Assembly (NCBI GenBank): GCA_937989565.1
Contig: CALKRM010000028.1
Location: forward strand, 717-64,716
Reading direction: 5' to 3'
Source of the DNA: an uncultured Candidatus Saccharibacteria bacterium
GTDB taxonomy: Bacteria; Patescibacteriota; Saccharimonadia; Saccharimonadales; Saccharimonadaceae
DNA length: 64,000 nucleotides
In this document: positions 17,466 to 28,213 of the stretch, piece after piece
How the letters are laid out: each line of letters starts with the position of its first letter
Position numbering within the stretch: the stretch's first letter is position 1
The notes under the pieces: generated by a model
Database searches by the model: none
The model's input: the letters and a program-made list of their open reading frames with translations, nothing else
Told to the model about the DNA's origin: nothing
Position numbers and translations under genes: made by a program

Positions 17466-19097
17466 ATGAATAAAGACGTTATTTATATCGATGTAGAAGA
17501 CGACATTACGACGATAATTAGCAAAATTAAGGCGTCGAAAGAGAGGATCATTGCGTTAGTGCCGCCTCGAAGAATTGGCGTTTTACAGAGTGCGGTCAAT
17601 ATTCGATTACTGGCTCGGGCGGCAACTTCGGCGGATAAGAGAATTGTATTAATCACGAATGATTCGGTTTTGGCTGGATTGGCGGCAACGGCGAAAATTC
17701 CTATTGCAAAAACGCTTCAGAGCAAGCCGGAAATTGCGGAGATTCCAGTTCTGAAAGTTGATGACGACAATGATGTGATTGATGGCGGCAAGCTGGCGGT
17801 TGGAGATATGGCGGATTCCGCGAAAAGATCAAAGAAATCTGATGAAGATTCTGCTGTAGATAATGTTATAGCTGACGCAAACAAGAAGGAGCCTAAGGGG
17901 CTAGACTCTCTGAAAAAGATGGTTAAAAAACCGAAAGTCCCTGATTTTAATACATTTCGTAAGAAGTTCTTATTGATAGGCGGCGGAGCCTTGCTTTTGA
18001 TCGTATTTTTGGTTTGGGCAATTTGGTTCGCGCCACACGCTACGGTTGTTATTTCAGCAAAGACGACCAGTGTGACAGTCAGTGATACCGTCAGCTTGAA
18101 TGAAACAGCTACTACAAGCGCAAAATCTAATGTCATTAAGCCTGTAAAGAAAGAATTAGCAAAGGAAGTTAGTGTTGAATTTTCTGCTACGGGTAAGAAG
18201 AATGTCGGAGAAAAAGCTACTGGAGTGGTGGTTTTTAAGAATGTTTCCCCAGATAGTGTTACTATTGCAGCTGGTACAATTTTAAAGAATAGTGGATTAT
18301 CTTACACTTTAAATTCTTCTGTAACTGTTCCAGGCGGCTCTTATCAGCGTAATTGCCCTGGGTATATTTGTCCGGGATCTGCTTCTGGGGTTATTACCGC
18401 CAGTGAGGGCGGAGCTCAGTATAATGCGGCCACTGGCAGTATGAGTATTTCGGTTGATGACATTTCCGCGTCGCTACGGTCCGCTACCAGTGGCGGCACC
18501 GATAAAACTGCGACGGTCGTGACGGCTAGCGATATAGAATCGGCAAAAAGCAAGCTGAGCGAAAAGAAGATTGATGGATTAAAGGAGCAATTGTTGTCGT
18601 CATTCGGCGATTCGGCAACGGTTATAACTGAAAGCTACGTTGAAAATCGATCAGATCCTAGCTCAAGCGTAGCGGTAGACGGCGAAGCGACTGGAGCTGT
18701 AACTCTGAAATCGACAATTACCGCCAGCGCATTAGCTATTGATAAGAGTGAGTTAAAAAACTTTGTGGAAGCAAAGCTTAAAGAGGAGATTTCTGGTAAG
18801 AAATCACAGAGAATTTATGATAATGGAGTAAGCAAGGTTGCGTTCTCACAATTTTCTAAGGCGCATAATGCACAGACTGTTCGCTTAACTACGAATGGCA
18901 AGGTTGGCCCAGATATTAAAGAAGCGAACGTAAAGGATCAAGCCAAAGGCAAGAGCTACGGAGAGGTTCAGTCTGCTATTGAATCTATCGAAGGTGTTGA
19001 AGATGTCGATGTTAAATTCTCACCATTCTGGGTTAAATCTGTTCCAAAAGATATCAATAAGATTAATGTCGAATTTAAGATAAAAGATGTCAAGTAA
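17466..19097 (+). CDS. hypothetical bitopic membrane protein (cytoplasmic N-domain, one TM, large Ser/Thr/Val-rich extracytoplasmic domain)
   Basis: 543 aa. Start is 1 nt after the ftsA stop. TM is FLLIGGGALLLIVFLVWAIWFA. No catalytic motif recognised. Confidence 0.55.
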   Translation: MNKDVIYIDVEDDITTIISKIKASKERIIALVPPRRIGVLQSAVNIRLLARAATSADKRIVLITNDSVLAGLAATAKIPIAKTLQSKPEIAEIPVLKVDDDNDVIDGGKLAVGDMADSAKRSKKSDEDSAVDNVIADANKKEPKGLDSLKKMVKKPKVPDFNTFRKKFLLIGGGALLLIVFLVWAIWFAPHATVVISAKTTSVTVSDTVSLNETATTSAKSNVIKPVKKELAKEVSVEFSATGKKNVGEKATGVVVFKNVSPDSVTIAAGTILKNSGLSYTLNSSVTVPGGSYQRNCPGYICPGSASGVITASEGGAQYNAATGSMSISVDDISASLRSATSGGTDKTATVVTASDIESAKSKLSEKKIDGLKEQLLSSFGDSATVITESYVENRSDPSSSVAVDGEATGAVTLKSTITASALAIDKSELKNFVEAKLKEEISGKKSQRIYDNGVSKVAFSQFSKAHNAQTVRLTTNGKVGPDIKEANVKDQAKGKSYGEVQSAIESIEGVEDVDVKFSPFWVKSVPKDINKINVEFKIKDVK

Positions 19098-19500
19098 AAA
19101 CTTTTTAGCGCTGGATGTTGGGTCGCGGCGAATTGGCTTGGCTATGGCGGATTCGCAAGTGAAGATCGCTGTGCCGTTCGGTTGGTTGGAGAATAATGAA
19201 AATATTGTCCAGGAAATAACAGAGCTAGTATTGAGGCATGACATTGATACAATCGTAGTGGGCTATCCGCGAAATCAATCCGGTGAACCAACGAAGCAGA
19301 CGGAATTTGTGGAAGAATTTGTTAAGCAATTTGAAGACATTGAGCTTGATACAGAGATTGTTTTTCAGGACGAATCTTTAACAAGTGTGCAGGCTGAGCA
19401 GAGATTGGGAAATAAAATTAAGGACAAGGGCGAGATTGATGCGGAGGCTGCTAGCATAATTTTGCAGGATTTTTTGGAGGAGAATTATGAAAATTCGTAA
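19087..19500 (+). CDS. ruvX: Holliday-junction-resolvase-like pre-16S rRNA nuclease YqgF/RuvX
   Basis: 137 aa. LALDVGSRRIGLAMAD, VVGYPRN..G, DESLTS. Confidence 0.88.
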   Translation: MSSKNFLALDVGSRRIGLAMADSQVKIAVPFGWLENNENIVQEITELVLRHDIDTIVVGYPRNQSGEPTKQTEFVEEFVKQFEDIELDTEIVFQDESLTSVQAEQRLGNKIKDKGEIDAEAASIILQDFLEENYENS

Positions 19501-20563
19501 ACGACGTATTTGGCTATTAGTGTTGTCAATAGTTGTGGCTATCGCTGGAATCGGCGCCCTTGGGGCAACAGTGTGGTATAAGCAGATGCTTTCTCCTGTC
19601 GATGTAAATAGTCAGCAAGCTTTCAGAATTAATATTAAAGAAGGCATGGGGTCTAGTGATATAGCTAAGACTCTAGAGTATAATAAAATTATCAAAAACT
19701 CTTTAGCATTTTCTATTTACACAAGGCTCCATAATTCAGCGAGTAAATTTAAGGCTGGCGTTTATTCTGTAAAAGCTTCACAATCTGTCGATGAGATAAT
19801 TAATCATTTGACTAGCGGTAAAACTGATGAGATTGCTATAACATTTTATCCTGGATCGACTTTGAATAAAAAAATGAAGAATTCTGACGACAGAGAAGTT
19901 GAATCCGTGTTGATTAAGGCGGGATTCTCGGATGATCAGATAAAAAAGGCATTTGCCGCTAAGTATGACAGTCTAGTTTTTGCGGGTAGACCGGAAAATG
20001 CTGGGCTTGAAGGGTATATTTACGGTGAAACATTCTATATTTCCCCAGATGAAACTGCAGAACGGGTTTTGCAGCGCTCAATTGATCATCTGGAGAAGAT
20101 TGTTAAGAAATATAATTTGGATGGTAAATTTAAGGCTCGAGGGCTAACTTTGTATCAAGGGATAACTCTAGCGTCGATTATCCAGCGCGAGTCGATCGGC
20201 TGTGGGTCTGGTGTGGAAACTTGCGAGGATCAGCGTAAGATTGCTAGTGTATTCTACAATCGCCTGAAAGCTAATATGCCGTTGGGCTCTGATGTAACAT
20301 ATCAATATATTGCTGACAAAACAGGGGTAGAACGCTCACCGAACCTTAAGTCGCCATATAATACACGCATTCAAAAAGGCTTAACTCCTGGACCAATCGC
20401 TTCACCTGGTTTGAGCGCGTTGAACGCCGCTGCCGACCCGATAAACTCTGATTATCTATATTTCCTGAGCGGCGACGATGATATTACGTATTTTGCAAAA
20501 ACCAACGAAGAGCACGAGGCTAATGTCAAGGCTCACTGTCAAAAGAAGTGCCAGATTTCTTGA
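19487..20563 (+). CDS. mltG: endolytic murein transglycosylase MltG (YceG family)
   Basis: 358 aa. N-terminal TM, LASIIQRE, FYNRL, SPYNTR...GLTPGPIASPG, YLYF. Confidence 0.9.
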   Translation: MKIRKRRIWLLVLSIVVAIAGIGALGATVWYKQMLSPVDVNSQQAFRINIKEGMGSSDIAKTLEYNKIIKNSLAFSIYTRLHNSASKFKAGVYSVKASQSVDEIINHLTSGKTDEIAITFYPGSTLNKKMKNSDDREVESVLIKAGFSDDQIKKAFAAKYDSLVFAGRPENAGLEGYIYGETFYISPDETAERVLQRSIDHLEKIVKKYNLDGKFKARGLTLYQGITLASIIQRESIGCGSGVETCEDQRKIASVFYNRLKANMPLGSDVTYQYIADKTGVERSPNLKSPYNTRIQKGLTPGPIASPGLSALNAAADPINSDYLYFLSGDDDITYFAKTNEEHEANVKAHCQKKCQIS

Positions 20564-20587
20564 CAAAAACGCATTTTATAAAATTTA

Positions 20588-20616
20588 TTGACTTTATTGT
20601 CAATGTTGTGTAAAAT
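20588..20616 (+). promoter_or_regulatory. sigma70-like promoter TTGACT-17-TAAAAT
   Basis: ttgact ttattgtcaatgttgtg taaaat. The -35 lies inside the palindrome TTGACtttattGTCAA. It is about 135 nt upstream of the LysM-CHAP ORF. Confidence 0.55.
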
Positions 20617-20752
20617 AGATGTTAGATCATTTGTCTAATTTATCAACAGAGGTGAATTACGATAAATGACCTGCCAAAATTGTCGCTACGGATATAGCAA
20701 AACTAATGTAGAATAATAATAATCAATTAGGTCGACAACATATCCTGTTCTA

Positions 20753-21949
20753 TTGCGAGAAGAAAGACAATTTGGTAGAGGTGCTAGTGGTAACATTGGC
20801 GCAAGGAGAACGATTATTCGTAACCATTTTACATCTCTTCGGAGTAAAAAACGTAAACTGCAATCATTTGCAATCTACGGTGGAATATTTTTATTGACTA
20901 TATCATTTTTGATCTACGGCAATAGTGGTAGTAATGTATCCGCTGAAAGATCAAAAACTTTGGCATCATCTGAAACTACTGGTGTTTCATCGGCATCTAA
21001 GTCTACTAAGTCTAAAACAGCTTCAGTAGATGAATTAGCAGCAGCTAATGCTGTAACTAACTTGGCGGAAACGGCGGAATTGCCTTCGGCTGGTGATTTA
21101 CGCGAGTCTGAAACTTCACTAACAATTAAGAAGAGTCTTTCTCAGAATGATGCAGAAGTTATAACAAAACCTGATATCGTTAAGCCGGACACTTCGGCGG
21201 CTCGTGGTATTTCGTCTTACGTGACCAAAGAGGGTGATACAATGGAGTCTATTGCTAAGAAGTTTAAGATTTCATCTCAGACGCTTCGTTGGGCTAATAA
21301 TACAACTTCGGACGCTGTAGAGCCGAATAAGACTCTAGTCGTGCCTCTTGTTGACGGTGTTGTTTATACTGTTAAAGACGGCGATACTGCCCAATCTCTG
21401 GCAGAAAAGTATAAGACGAGCGCTGAGCGTGTTGTCCTATACAATGACATCGATGACGGCGCTAAGTTGTCTACTGGCTCTAGGATTGTGTTGCCTGGAG
21501 GTGAGCTTCCAGAAAATGAGCGACCTGGTTATGTTGCTTCGCGAAGTAGGTCATATGGCAATCGATATTCTTCGTCGTCGACTACCACGAGTGCAAGTCG
21601 AAGTTGGTTGACCGCTTCTGTCGGTAACCGCTATGCGGCTGGTAACTGTACTTGGTATGCATACGAGCGTCGTTTGCAGTTGGGTCGTCCAATTGGTAGT
21701 TTCTGGGGTCATGCTAAGGCTTGGAGTGCTAGTGCTCGTGCTGCTGGGCTCGTGGTTAACAATGTTCCAGCGCCGGGTGCTATTATACAGAATGTTTGGG
21801 GTGGCTATGGCTATGGACACGTCGGTATCGTGGAGCGAGTAGATGGTCAGAATATCTATGTTTCAGATATGAATTATGCGGGTTATAATATTATCTCTTC
21901 TCGCATCGTACCGCTTGCTGAGGCTGGTCGCTATAATTTCATTCACTAA
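20753..21949 (+). CDS. secreted peptidoglycan hydrolase, 2x LysM + C-terminal CHAP domain
   Basis: 398 aa; the TTG start in the track is uncertain. TM at FAIYGGIFLLTISFLIYG. LysM repeats YVTKEGDTMESIAKKF... and YTVKDGDTAQSLAEKY.... CHAP motifs GNCTWYAYERR and GHVGIVE. Confidence 0.85.
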   Translation: MREERQFGRGASGNIGARRTIIRNHFTSLRSKKRKLQSFAIYGGIFLLTISFLIYGNSGSNVSAERSKTLASSETTGVSSASKSTKSKTASVDELAAANAVTNLAETAELPSAGDLRESETSLTIKKSLSQNDAEVITKPDIVKPDTSAARGISSYVTKEGDTMESIAKKFKISSQTLRWANNTTSDAVEPNKTLVVPLVDGVVYTVKDGDTAQSLAEKYKTSAERVVLYNDIDDGAKLSTGSRIVLPGGELPENERPGYVASRSRSYGNRYSSSSTTTSASRSWLTASVGNRYAAGNCTWYAYERRLQLGRPIGSFWGHAKAWSASARAAGLVVNNVPAPGAIIQNVWGGYGYGHVGIVERVDGQNIYVSDMNYAGYNIISSRIVPLAEAGRYNFIH

Positions 21950-21972
21950 AATTTAAAATGACACCAGAGTAA

Positions 21973-23337
<1,365 letters not shown>

Positions 23338-23368
23338 ATTCTGTTGGTGTAAATTAGCGTGAGCTTGA

Positions 23369-23377
23369 TGGTATAAT
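23369..23377 (+). promoter_or_regulatory. extended -10 (TGgTATAAT) 6 nt upstream of the sbcB ATG
   Basis: aTGGTATAATataaatATG. Confidence 0.6.
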
Positions 23378-23383
23378 ATAAAT

Positions 23384-24802
23384 ATGGCGCAAACATTTTT
23401 CTTCTACGATCTTGAAACTAGCGGTCTTAATCCCAGGCAAGATCGAATTATGCAATTTGCCGGTCAGCGAACCGATATGGATTTGCAGCCGATTGGTGAA
23501 CCGTACAATATTCTCGTGACACTAAATGACGATACCCTGCCGAGTCCTGATGCGTTGATGGTGACGGGCATAACGCCGCAAAAAACTGTCGAAGAAGGCT
23601 ATACTGAGGCTCAATTTGCGCGTATGTTAAGCGAGGAAATATTTACACCTGATACGATTGCTGTTGGATTTAATAATATCCGTTTTGACGACGAGTTTAT
23701 TCGTCATTTGTTCTGGCGAAATTTTTACGATCCATATGAGTGGACTTGGAAAGACGGTCGATCCAGATGGGATCTATTGGATGTAGTGCGCTTAACTAGG
23801 GCGCTTCGACCTGAGGGAATTGAGTGGCCAATTGACGATAAAGGTGAGCCGAGCAATCGCTTGGAACTCATCACGAAAGCTAACGGGATAGAGCATGAAA
23901 ATGCCCATGACGCGCTAGCAGACGTGACGGCGTTGATTGCTGTGACTAAATTGATTAAGCAGAACCAGCCGCAAATGTACGACTATTTGCTGAAAATGCG
24001 CGATAAGAAATTGGTGCAGAAACTGGTGAATGTCGATGATAAAAAACCTTTTGTTTATGCGAGTGGTCGTTATGATAAAGAATTCGCCAAAACGACCGTG
24101 GCTTTTCCGCTAACCACGAGCCGAAATGGTGGCGTGATTGTTTATGATTTGCGTTATGATCCGACGTCGTTTGTTGATCTGAGTGTTGAGGAATTGTCGG
24201 CGAAGATATTTGCAACATGGGAAGAAAGGCAAGCTGAAGATTTCGTTAAATTGCCAGTTAAGGAATTGCAATATAATCGTTGTCCGGCAGTTTCGCCGCT
24301 TGGCGTGTTGACTCAGGGTGATGGCTGGCAGAAGATTTCTCTGAATGCGGAAACTGTACAAAAGCACCAAGATATTTTACTTTCTCATCCAGATTTTGCT
24401 GAAAGGTTGCGTAGTATATTTGAGAATAAGCCAGAGTTTAAGAAAATGACCGATCCAGAAGCGCAATTATACGATGGATTTTTGGATAATAGCGATCGAG
24501 TTCGCGTTGAAGCCGTACGTAATGCTGGCGAGCGCGAATTGGCTGATTTTCATCCGGATTTTCAGGATGAACGATTGTCGCCACTATTGTTGCATTATAA
24601 GGCGCGAAGTTTCCCTAATTTGCTTAGTGAAGATGAGCTGCGACAATGGGAAGAGTGGCGAACTGGACATTTACAGGCGCAAATGCCGCAATTTATGAAA
24701 TCTTTGCAACGATTGGCGCCTAATGCGACTGATGAACAGCAGTTTATTTTGCAAGAATTGCAATTATGGCTGGAATCGGTTCTGCCTTCTGTTGATAGTT
24801 GA
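23384..24802 (+). CDS. sbcB: exodeoxyribonuclease I (DEDDh 3'-5' ssDNA exonuclease)
   Basis: 472 aa. FFFYDLETSGLNP, GFNNIRFDDEF, HDALADV. ExoI-type C-terminal helical domain. Confidence 0.85.
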   Translation: MAQTFFFYDLETSGLNPRQDRIMQFAGQRTDMDLQPIGEPYNILVTLNDDTLPSPDALMVTGITPQKTVEEGYTEAQFARMLSEEIFTPDTIAVGFNNIRFDDEFIRHLFWRNFYDPYEWTWKDGRSRWDLLDVVRLTRALRPEGIEWPIDDKGEPSNRLELITKANGIEHENAHDALADVTALIAVTKLIKQNQPQMYDYLLKMRDKKLVQKLVNVDDKKPFVYASGRYDKEFAKTTVAFPLTTSRNGGVIVYDLRYDPTSFVDLSVEELSAKIFATWEERQAEDFVKLPVKELQYNRCPAVSPLGVLTQGDGWQKISLNAETVQKHQDILLSHPDFAERLRSIFENKPEFKKMTDPEAQLYDGFLDNSDRVRVEAVRNAGERELADFHPDFQDERLSPLLLHYKARSFPNLLSEDELRQWEEWRTGHLQAQMPQFMKSLQRLAPNATDEQQFILQELQLWLESVLPSVDS

Positions 24803-24889
24803 AGTCTGATTTTATCATAGTTGTTTGCATAAATGAGGATATCTGTTTGATAGGTTGAGCGATAGATAAGTTTTAAGGATGATTAAAAA

Positions 24890-25276
24890 TTAACTCATAG
24901 ACGGAGCGAGCTTTTGGGATTCGACTTCATGATCAGGCTCGCTCTTTTTCATATTGGAGAGTAGATAAATTGATAATAAAATAAGTTCGCTTTTTTGATT
25001 TGGTGTAAAGTAACGGATTTTTCTGTTGATTCGTCGTTGTGCGATTTCGCTAGCAACGTCAATAGACTTCCAAAACAGAACAGAAAGTGATTTTCTGAGG
25101 ATAATTGCTGATGGTACGATAATTGCCCAGAAAATAACCATTAAAATTGCGGGTAGGCTGATGTTCGTGAAGGGGATTTTTCCTAGGAAAAAGAAGAAAA
25201 ATAGCTGGTCAATAACAAAAGGCGCGAGTATTATCGCTCCGAGTGTTATAACTAAGTAAATGCCCAGCTTTCTCAT
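24890..25276 (-). CDS. hypothetical small membrane protein
   Basis: 128 aa from ATG 25276 (MRKLGIYLVITLG...); 3 predicted TM segments; no motif. Confidence 0.4.
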   Translation of the reverse strand: MRKLGIYLVITLGAIILAPFVIDQLFFFFFLGKIPFTNISLPAILMVIFWAIIVPSAIILRKSLSVLFWKSIDVASEIAQRRINRKIRYFTPNQKSELILLSIYLLSNMKKSEPDHEVESQKLAPSMS

Positions 25277-25397
25277 AGATTTAACTGTAGCAAATAAGAT
25301 ATTGACTTGCAATCATAAGCGTAATGTGTTCTAACTCTGATTTGCGTCGATATTTGGACTGGAAAAAATAGTTAAAAACCTGTATAATATAGCGGTT

Positions 25398-28211
25398 ATG
25401 ACAGAGGTAATTCGTGTTAAAGGTGCTCGTGAGCACAATTTGAAAAATGTAGATATTGAGATTCCGAGAGATCAGCTGGTGGTGATTACTGGGCTTAGTG
25501 GATCTGGGAAATCCAGCCTGGCATTTGACACGATTTACGCCGAGGGTCAGCGCCGTTATATGGAGAGTCTTAACTCCTATGCGCGCCAATTCTTGGGTAC
25601 GATGGATAAGCCTGATGTTGATTCGATTGAAGGGCTTAGTCCAGCGATTTCGATTGACCAGAAGTCGACCAGCCGCAATCCGCGTTCGACCGTGGCTACG
25701 GTAACAGAAATTTATGATTATCTGAGGCTTTTGTTTGCGCGAATTGGTGTGCCGCATTGTCCGATTTGTGGCAATGAAGTGACGCGTCGCACGACCGAGG
25801 TGATTATTGACGAGATTCTGCGACAATTTGTTGATAAGCGAATTTTGCTATTGGCGCCAATTATTAAGAATAAAAAAGGCGAGTTTGCTCATATTCCGGA
25901 GCAATATCAGCGGCTTGGTTATGCCAGGGTTCGCGTGGACGGCGTAGTGTACGCGCTGGATGAATTTCCAGAGTTACAAAAAAGCTACAAGCATAACATC
26001 GAGTTGGTTGTTGATAGGTTGGCGTTGGCGGCGGAAATGCGATCTCGACTAAGTCAGAGCGTTGAGCAGGCGCTGGATTTGGGTCAGGGAGTTATCGAGG
26101 TTTTGGACGCGGATAGCGACGAAGTGAAGACATTTTCGCAGAGATATGCTTGTGTTGATCACCCTGATGTCGATATTCCAGAGCTGGAGCCGCGACTGTT
26201 TAGTTTTAACGCGCCGCAAGGAGCTTGTCCTGTGTGTACGGGTTTGGGGTCGAGGCTGGAGGTTGATCCAGAATTGGTCTTTAATAACAATTTGACAATT
26301 TCCGAAGGCGCGATTCGACCTTATAATCGAATGAATTCTGACGCTTGGAACATGAAGCGATTGGCATCTGTTGCCGAAGCCCACGGATTTAGTTTGAAAG
26401 TTCCCGTAGGCAAGCTTTCTGATGATGCTAAACATAAAATATTATACGGAACTGGCGACCAAAAATATCGCGTTGACTTGGGCGGCGGTCGACATTACGA
26501 TACGACTTATGAGGGCGTTATTCCTAATCTGGAGCGGCGCTGGAAAGAAACCGATAGCGATTTTATGCGACGAGATATTGAGCGATTTATGCGCGAGAGG
26601 GACTGTTATGCCTGTAAGGGTGCGCGCTTGAAACCTGTGGTTTTGGCGGTGACGGTTCATGAATTGAATATCGTTGACGTGTGCGATTTGAGTGTTGATG
26701 ACGCGTTGGATTTGTTTGACAATAAGCTTCAATTGACCGAGCAAGAAATGACGATTGCTCGTTTGATTGTGAAGGAAATTAAATCTCGTTTGGCGTTTAT
26801 GAGTAATGTTGGGCTGAACTACTTGGAGCTAAGTCGAGCGGCCAACACGCTTAGTGGTGGCGAGGCGCAGCGAATTCGCTTGGCGACGCAAATTGGCGCT
26901 GGACTTCAGGGCGTGCTTTATGTACTGGACGAGCCGTCGATTGGGCTTCATCAGCGCGACAACGATAAGTTGATTGATATGCTGAAGCGCCTTCGTGATT
27001 TGGGCAATTCTGTGCTGGTGGTTGAGCACGACGAGGACACGATTCGTCAGAGTGATTTTCTGGTTGATATGGGACCGGGAGCTGGTGTGAATGGCGGTCA
27101 AGCAGTGGCGATGGGGACGCCTGAAATTGTTGCGAAAAATGAGAATAGTATAACGGGCCGCTATTTATCTGGGGCGGAAAAAATTGCCGTTCCGAAAAAG
27201 CGTCGCAAAGTCGTGAAAGACAGGAAATTGATTGTTCGTGGTGCTCGCGAAAATAATCTTAAGAACATTGATGTGGAGTTCCCTTTGGGTTTGATGACTG
27301 TAGTGTCTGGTGTTTCTGGTAGCGGAAAGTCGACGCTTGTGAATGATATTGTGGCGCGGGAACTAGCGGCGGAACTTAATCGCGCAACGACAGCGCCAGG
27401 GTTGCACGACACTATAGAAGGTGTGAATTTGCTTGATAAGGCGATTGTCATAGATCAGTCGCCAATTGGTCGAACACCGCGCTCTAATCCAGCAACATAT
27501 ACTGGGATTTTTACGCCGATTCGCGAGCTTTTTGCTAGCACGCCCGAGGCTAACGTTAGAGGCTACAAATCTGGGCGCTTTAGCTTTAATGTTAAGGGTG
27601 GTCGCTGTGAAAATTGTCAGGGTGATGGTGTGATAAAAATTGAAATGCACTTTTTGCCAGATGTTTATGTTCAGTGTGACGAATGTCACGGCAAACGTTA
27701 TAATCGCGAGGCGTTGGAAATTAAGTATAAAGACAAGACGATTGCTGATGTTCTGGATATGACGATTGATCAAGCGGCGGAGTTTTTTGACAGTGTGCCG
27801 AATATTGCACGTAAACTTCAGACGTTGGTTGAGGTTGGGCTTGGCTATATTAAACTTGGTCAGCCAGCAACTACTTTTTCAGGCGGTGAGGCGCAGCGAA
27901 TTAAATTGGCAACAGAGCTCTCCAAGCGTTCCACTGGAAAAACTATGTACATTCTGGACGAGCCGACCACTGGGCTTCATTCTGCTGACGTAAAGCGACT
28001 GTTGGGGATTTTACAGCAATTGGTTGAGGGCGGTAATAGTATGATTATCATTGAGCATAATTTGGACGTCATAAAGTCAGCCGACTGGATAATTGATATG
28101 GGTCCAGAGGGCGGAATCGGTGGCGGTACCGTTGTGGCTTGCGGTACGCCTGAAGATATCGCCAAGGTACCAAATTCGTTCACTGGCAAATATCTGAAAA
28201 AGATGCTTTAA
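25398..28211 (+). CDS. uvrA: excinuclease ABC subunit A
   Basis: 937 aa. Two ABC modules (GLSGSGKSSLAFDT, GVSGSGKSTL; LSGGEAQR twice); zinc modules CPICG and CENCQGDG...CDECHG. Confidence 0.97.
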   Translation: MTEVIRVKGAREHNLKNVDIEIPRDQLVVITGLSGSGKSSLAFDTIYAEGQRRYMESLNSYARQFLGTMDKPDVDSIEGLSPAISIDQKSTSRNPRSTVATVTEIYDYLRLLFARIGVPHCPICGNEVTRRTTEVIIDEILRQFVDKRILLLAPIIKNKKGEFAHIPEQYQRLGYARVRVDGVVYALDEFPELQKSYKHNIELVVDRLALAAEMRSRLSQSVEQALDLGQGVIEVLDADSDEVKTFSQRYACVDHPDVDIPELEPRLFSFNAPQGACPVCTGLGSRLEVDPELVFNNNLTISEGAIRPYNRMNSDAWNMKRLASVAEAHGFSLKVPVGKLSDDAKHKILYGTGDQKYRVDLGGGRHYDTTYEGVIPNLERRWKETDSDFMRRDIERFMRERDCYACKGARLKPVVLAVTVHELNIVDVCDLSVDDALDLFDNKLQLTEQEMTIARLIVKEIKSRLAFMSNVGLNYLELSRAANTLSGGEAQRIRLATQIGAGLQGVLYVLDEPSIGLHQRDNDKLIDMLKRLRDLGNSVLVVEHDEDTIRQSDFLVDMGPGAGVNGGQAVAMGTPEIVAKNENSITGRYLSGAEKIAVPKKRRKVVKDRKLIVRGARENNLKNIDVEFPLGLMTVVSGVSGSGKSTLVNDIVARELAAELNRATTAPGLHDTIEGVNLLDKAIVIDQSPIGRTPRSNPATYTGIFTPIRELFASTPEANVRGYKSGRFSFNVKGGRCENCQGDGVIKIEMHFLPDVYVQCDECHGKRYNREALEIKYKDKTIADVLDMTIDQAAEFFDSVPNIARKLQTLVEVGLGYIKLGQPATTFSGGEAQRIKLATELSKRSTGKTMYILDEPTTGLHSADVKRLLGILQQLVEGGNSMIIIEHNLDVIKSADWIIDMGPEGGIGGGTVVACGTPEDIAKVPNSFTGKYLKKML

Positions 28212-28213
28212 GA

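Noticed and set aside
20666-20716. 16-codon mini-ORF as a real gene
   Set aside because: It is mentioned only as part of the leader finding. On its own there is no evidence it is translated.
20617-20752. c-di-AMP (ydaO-type) or other known riboswitch in the hydrolase leader
   Set aside because: I could not find the conserved pseudo-two-fold ydaO core motifs by eye. It needs an Infernal scan, so it is not called.
25277-25397. LexA/SOS (Cheo-type CGAAC-N4-GTTCG) box upstream of uvrA
   Set aside because: The closest string (cgtaatgtgttct) does not align to the consensus, so there is no convincing operator.
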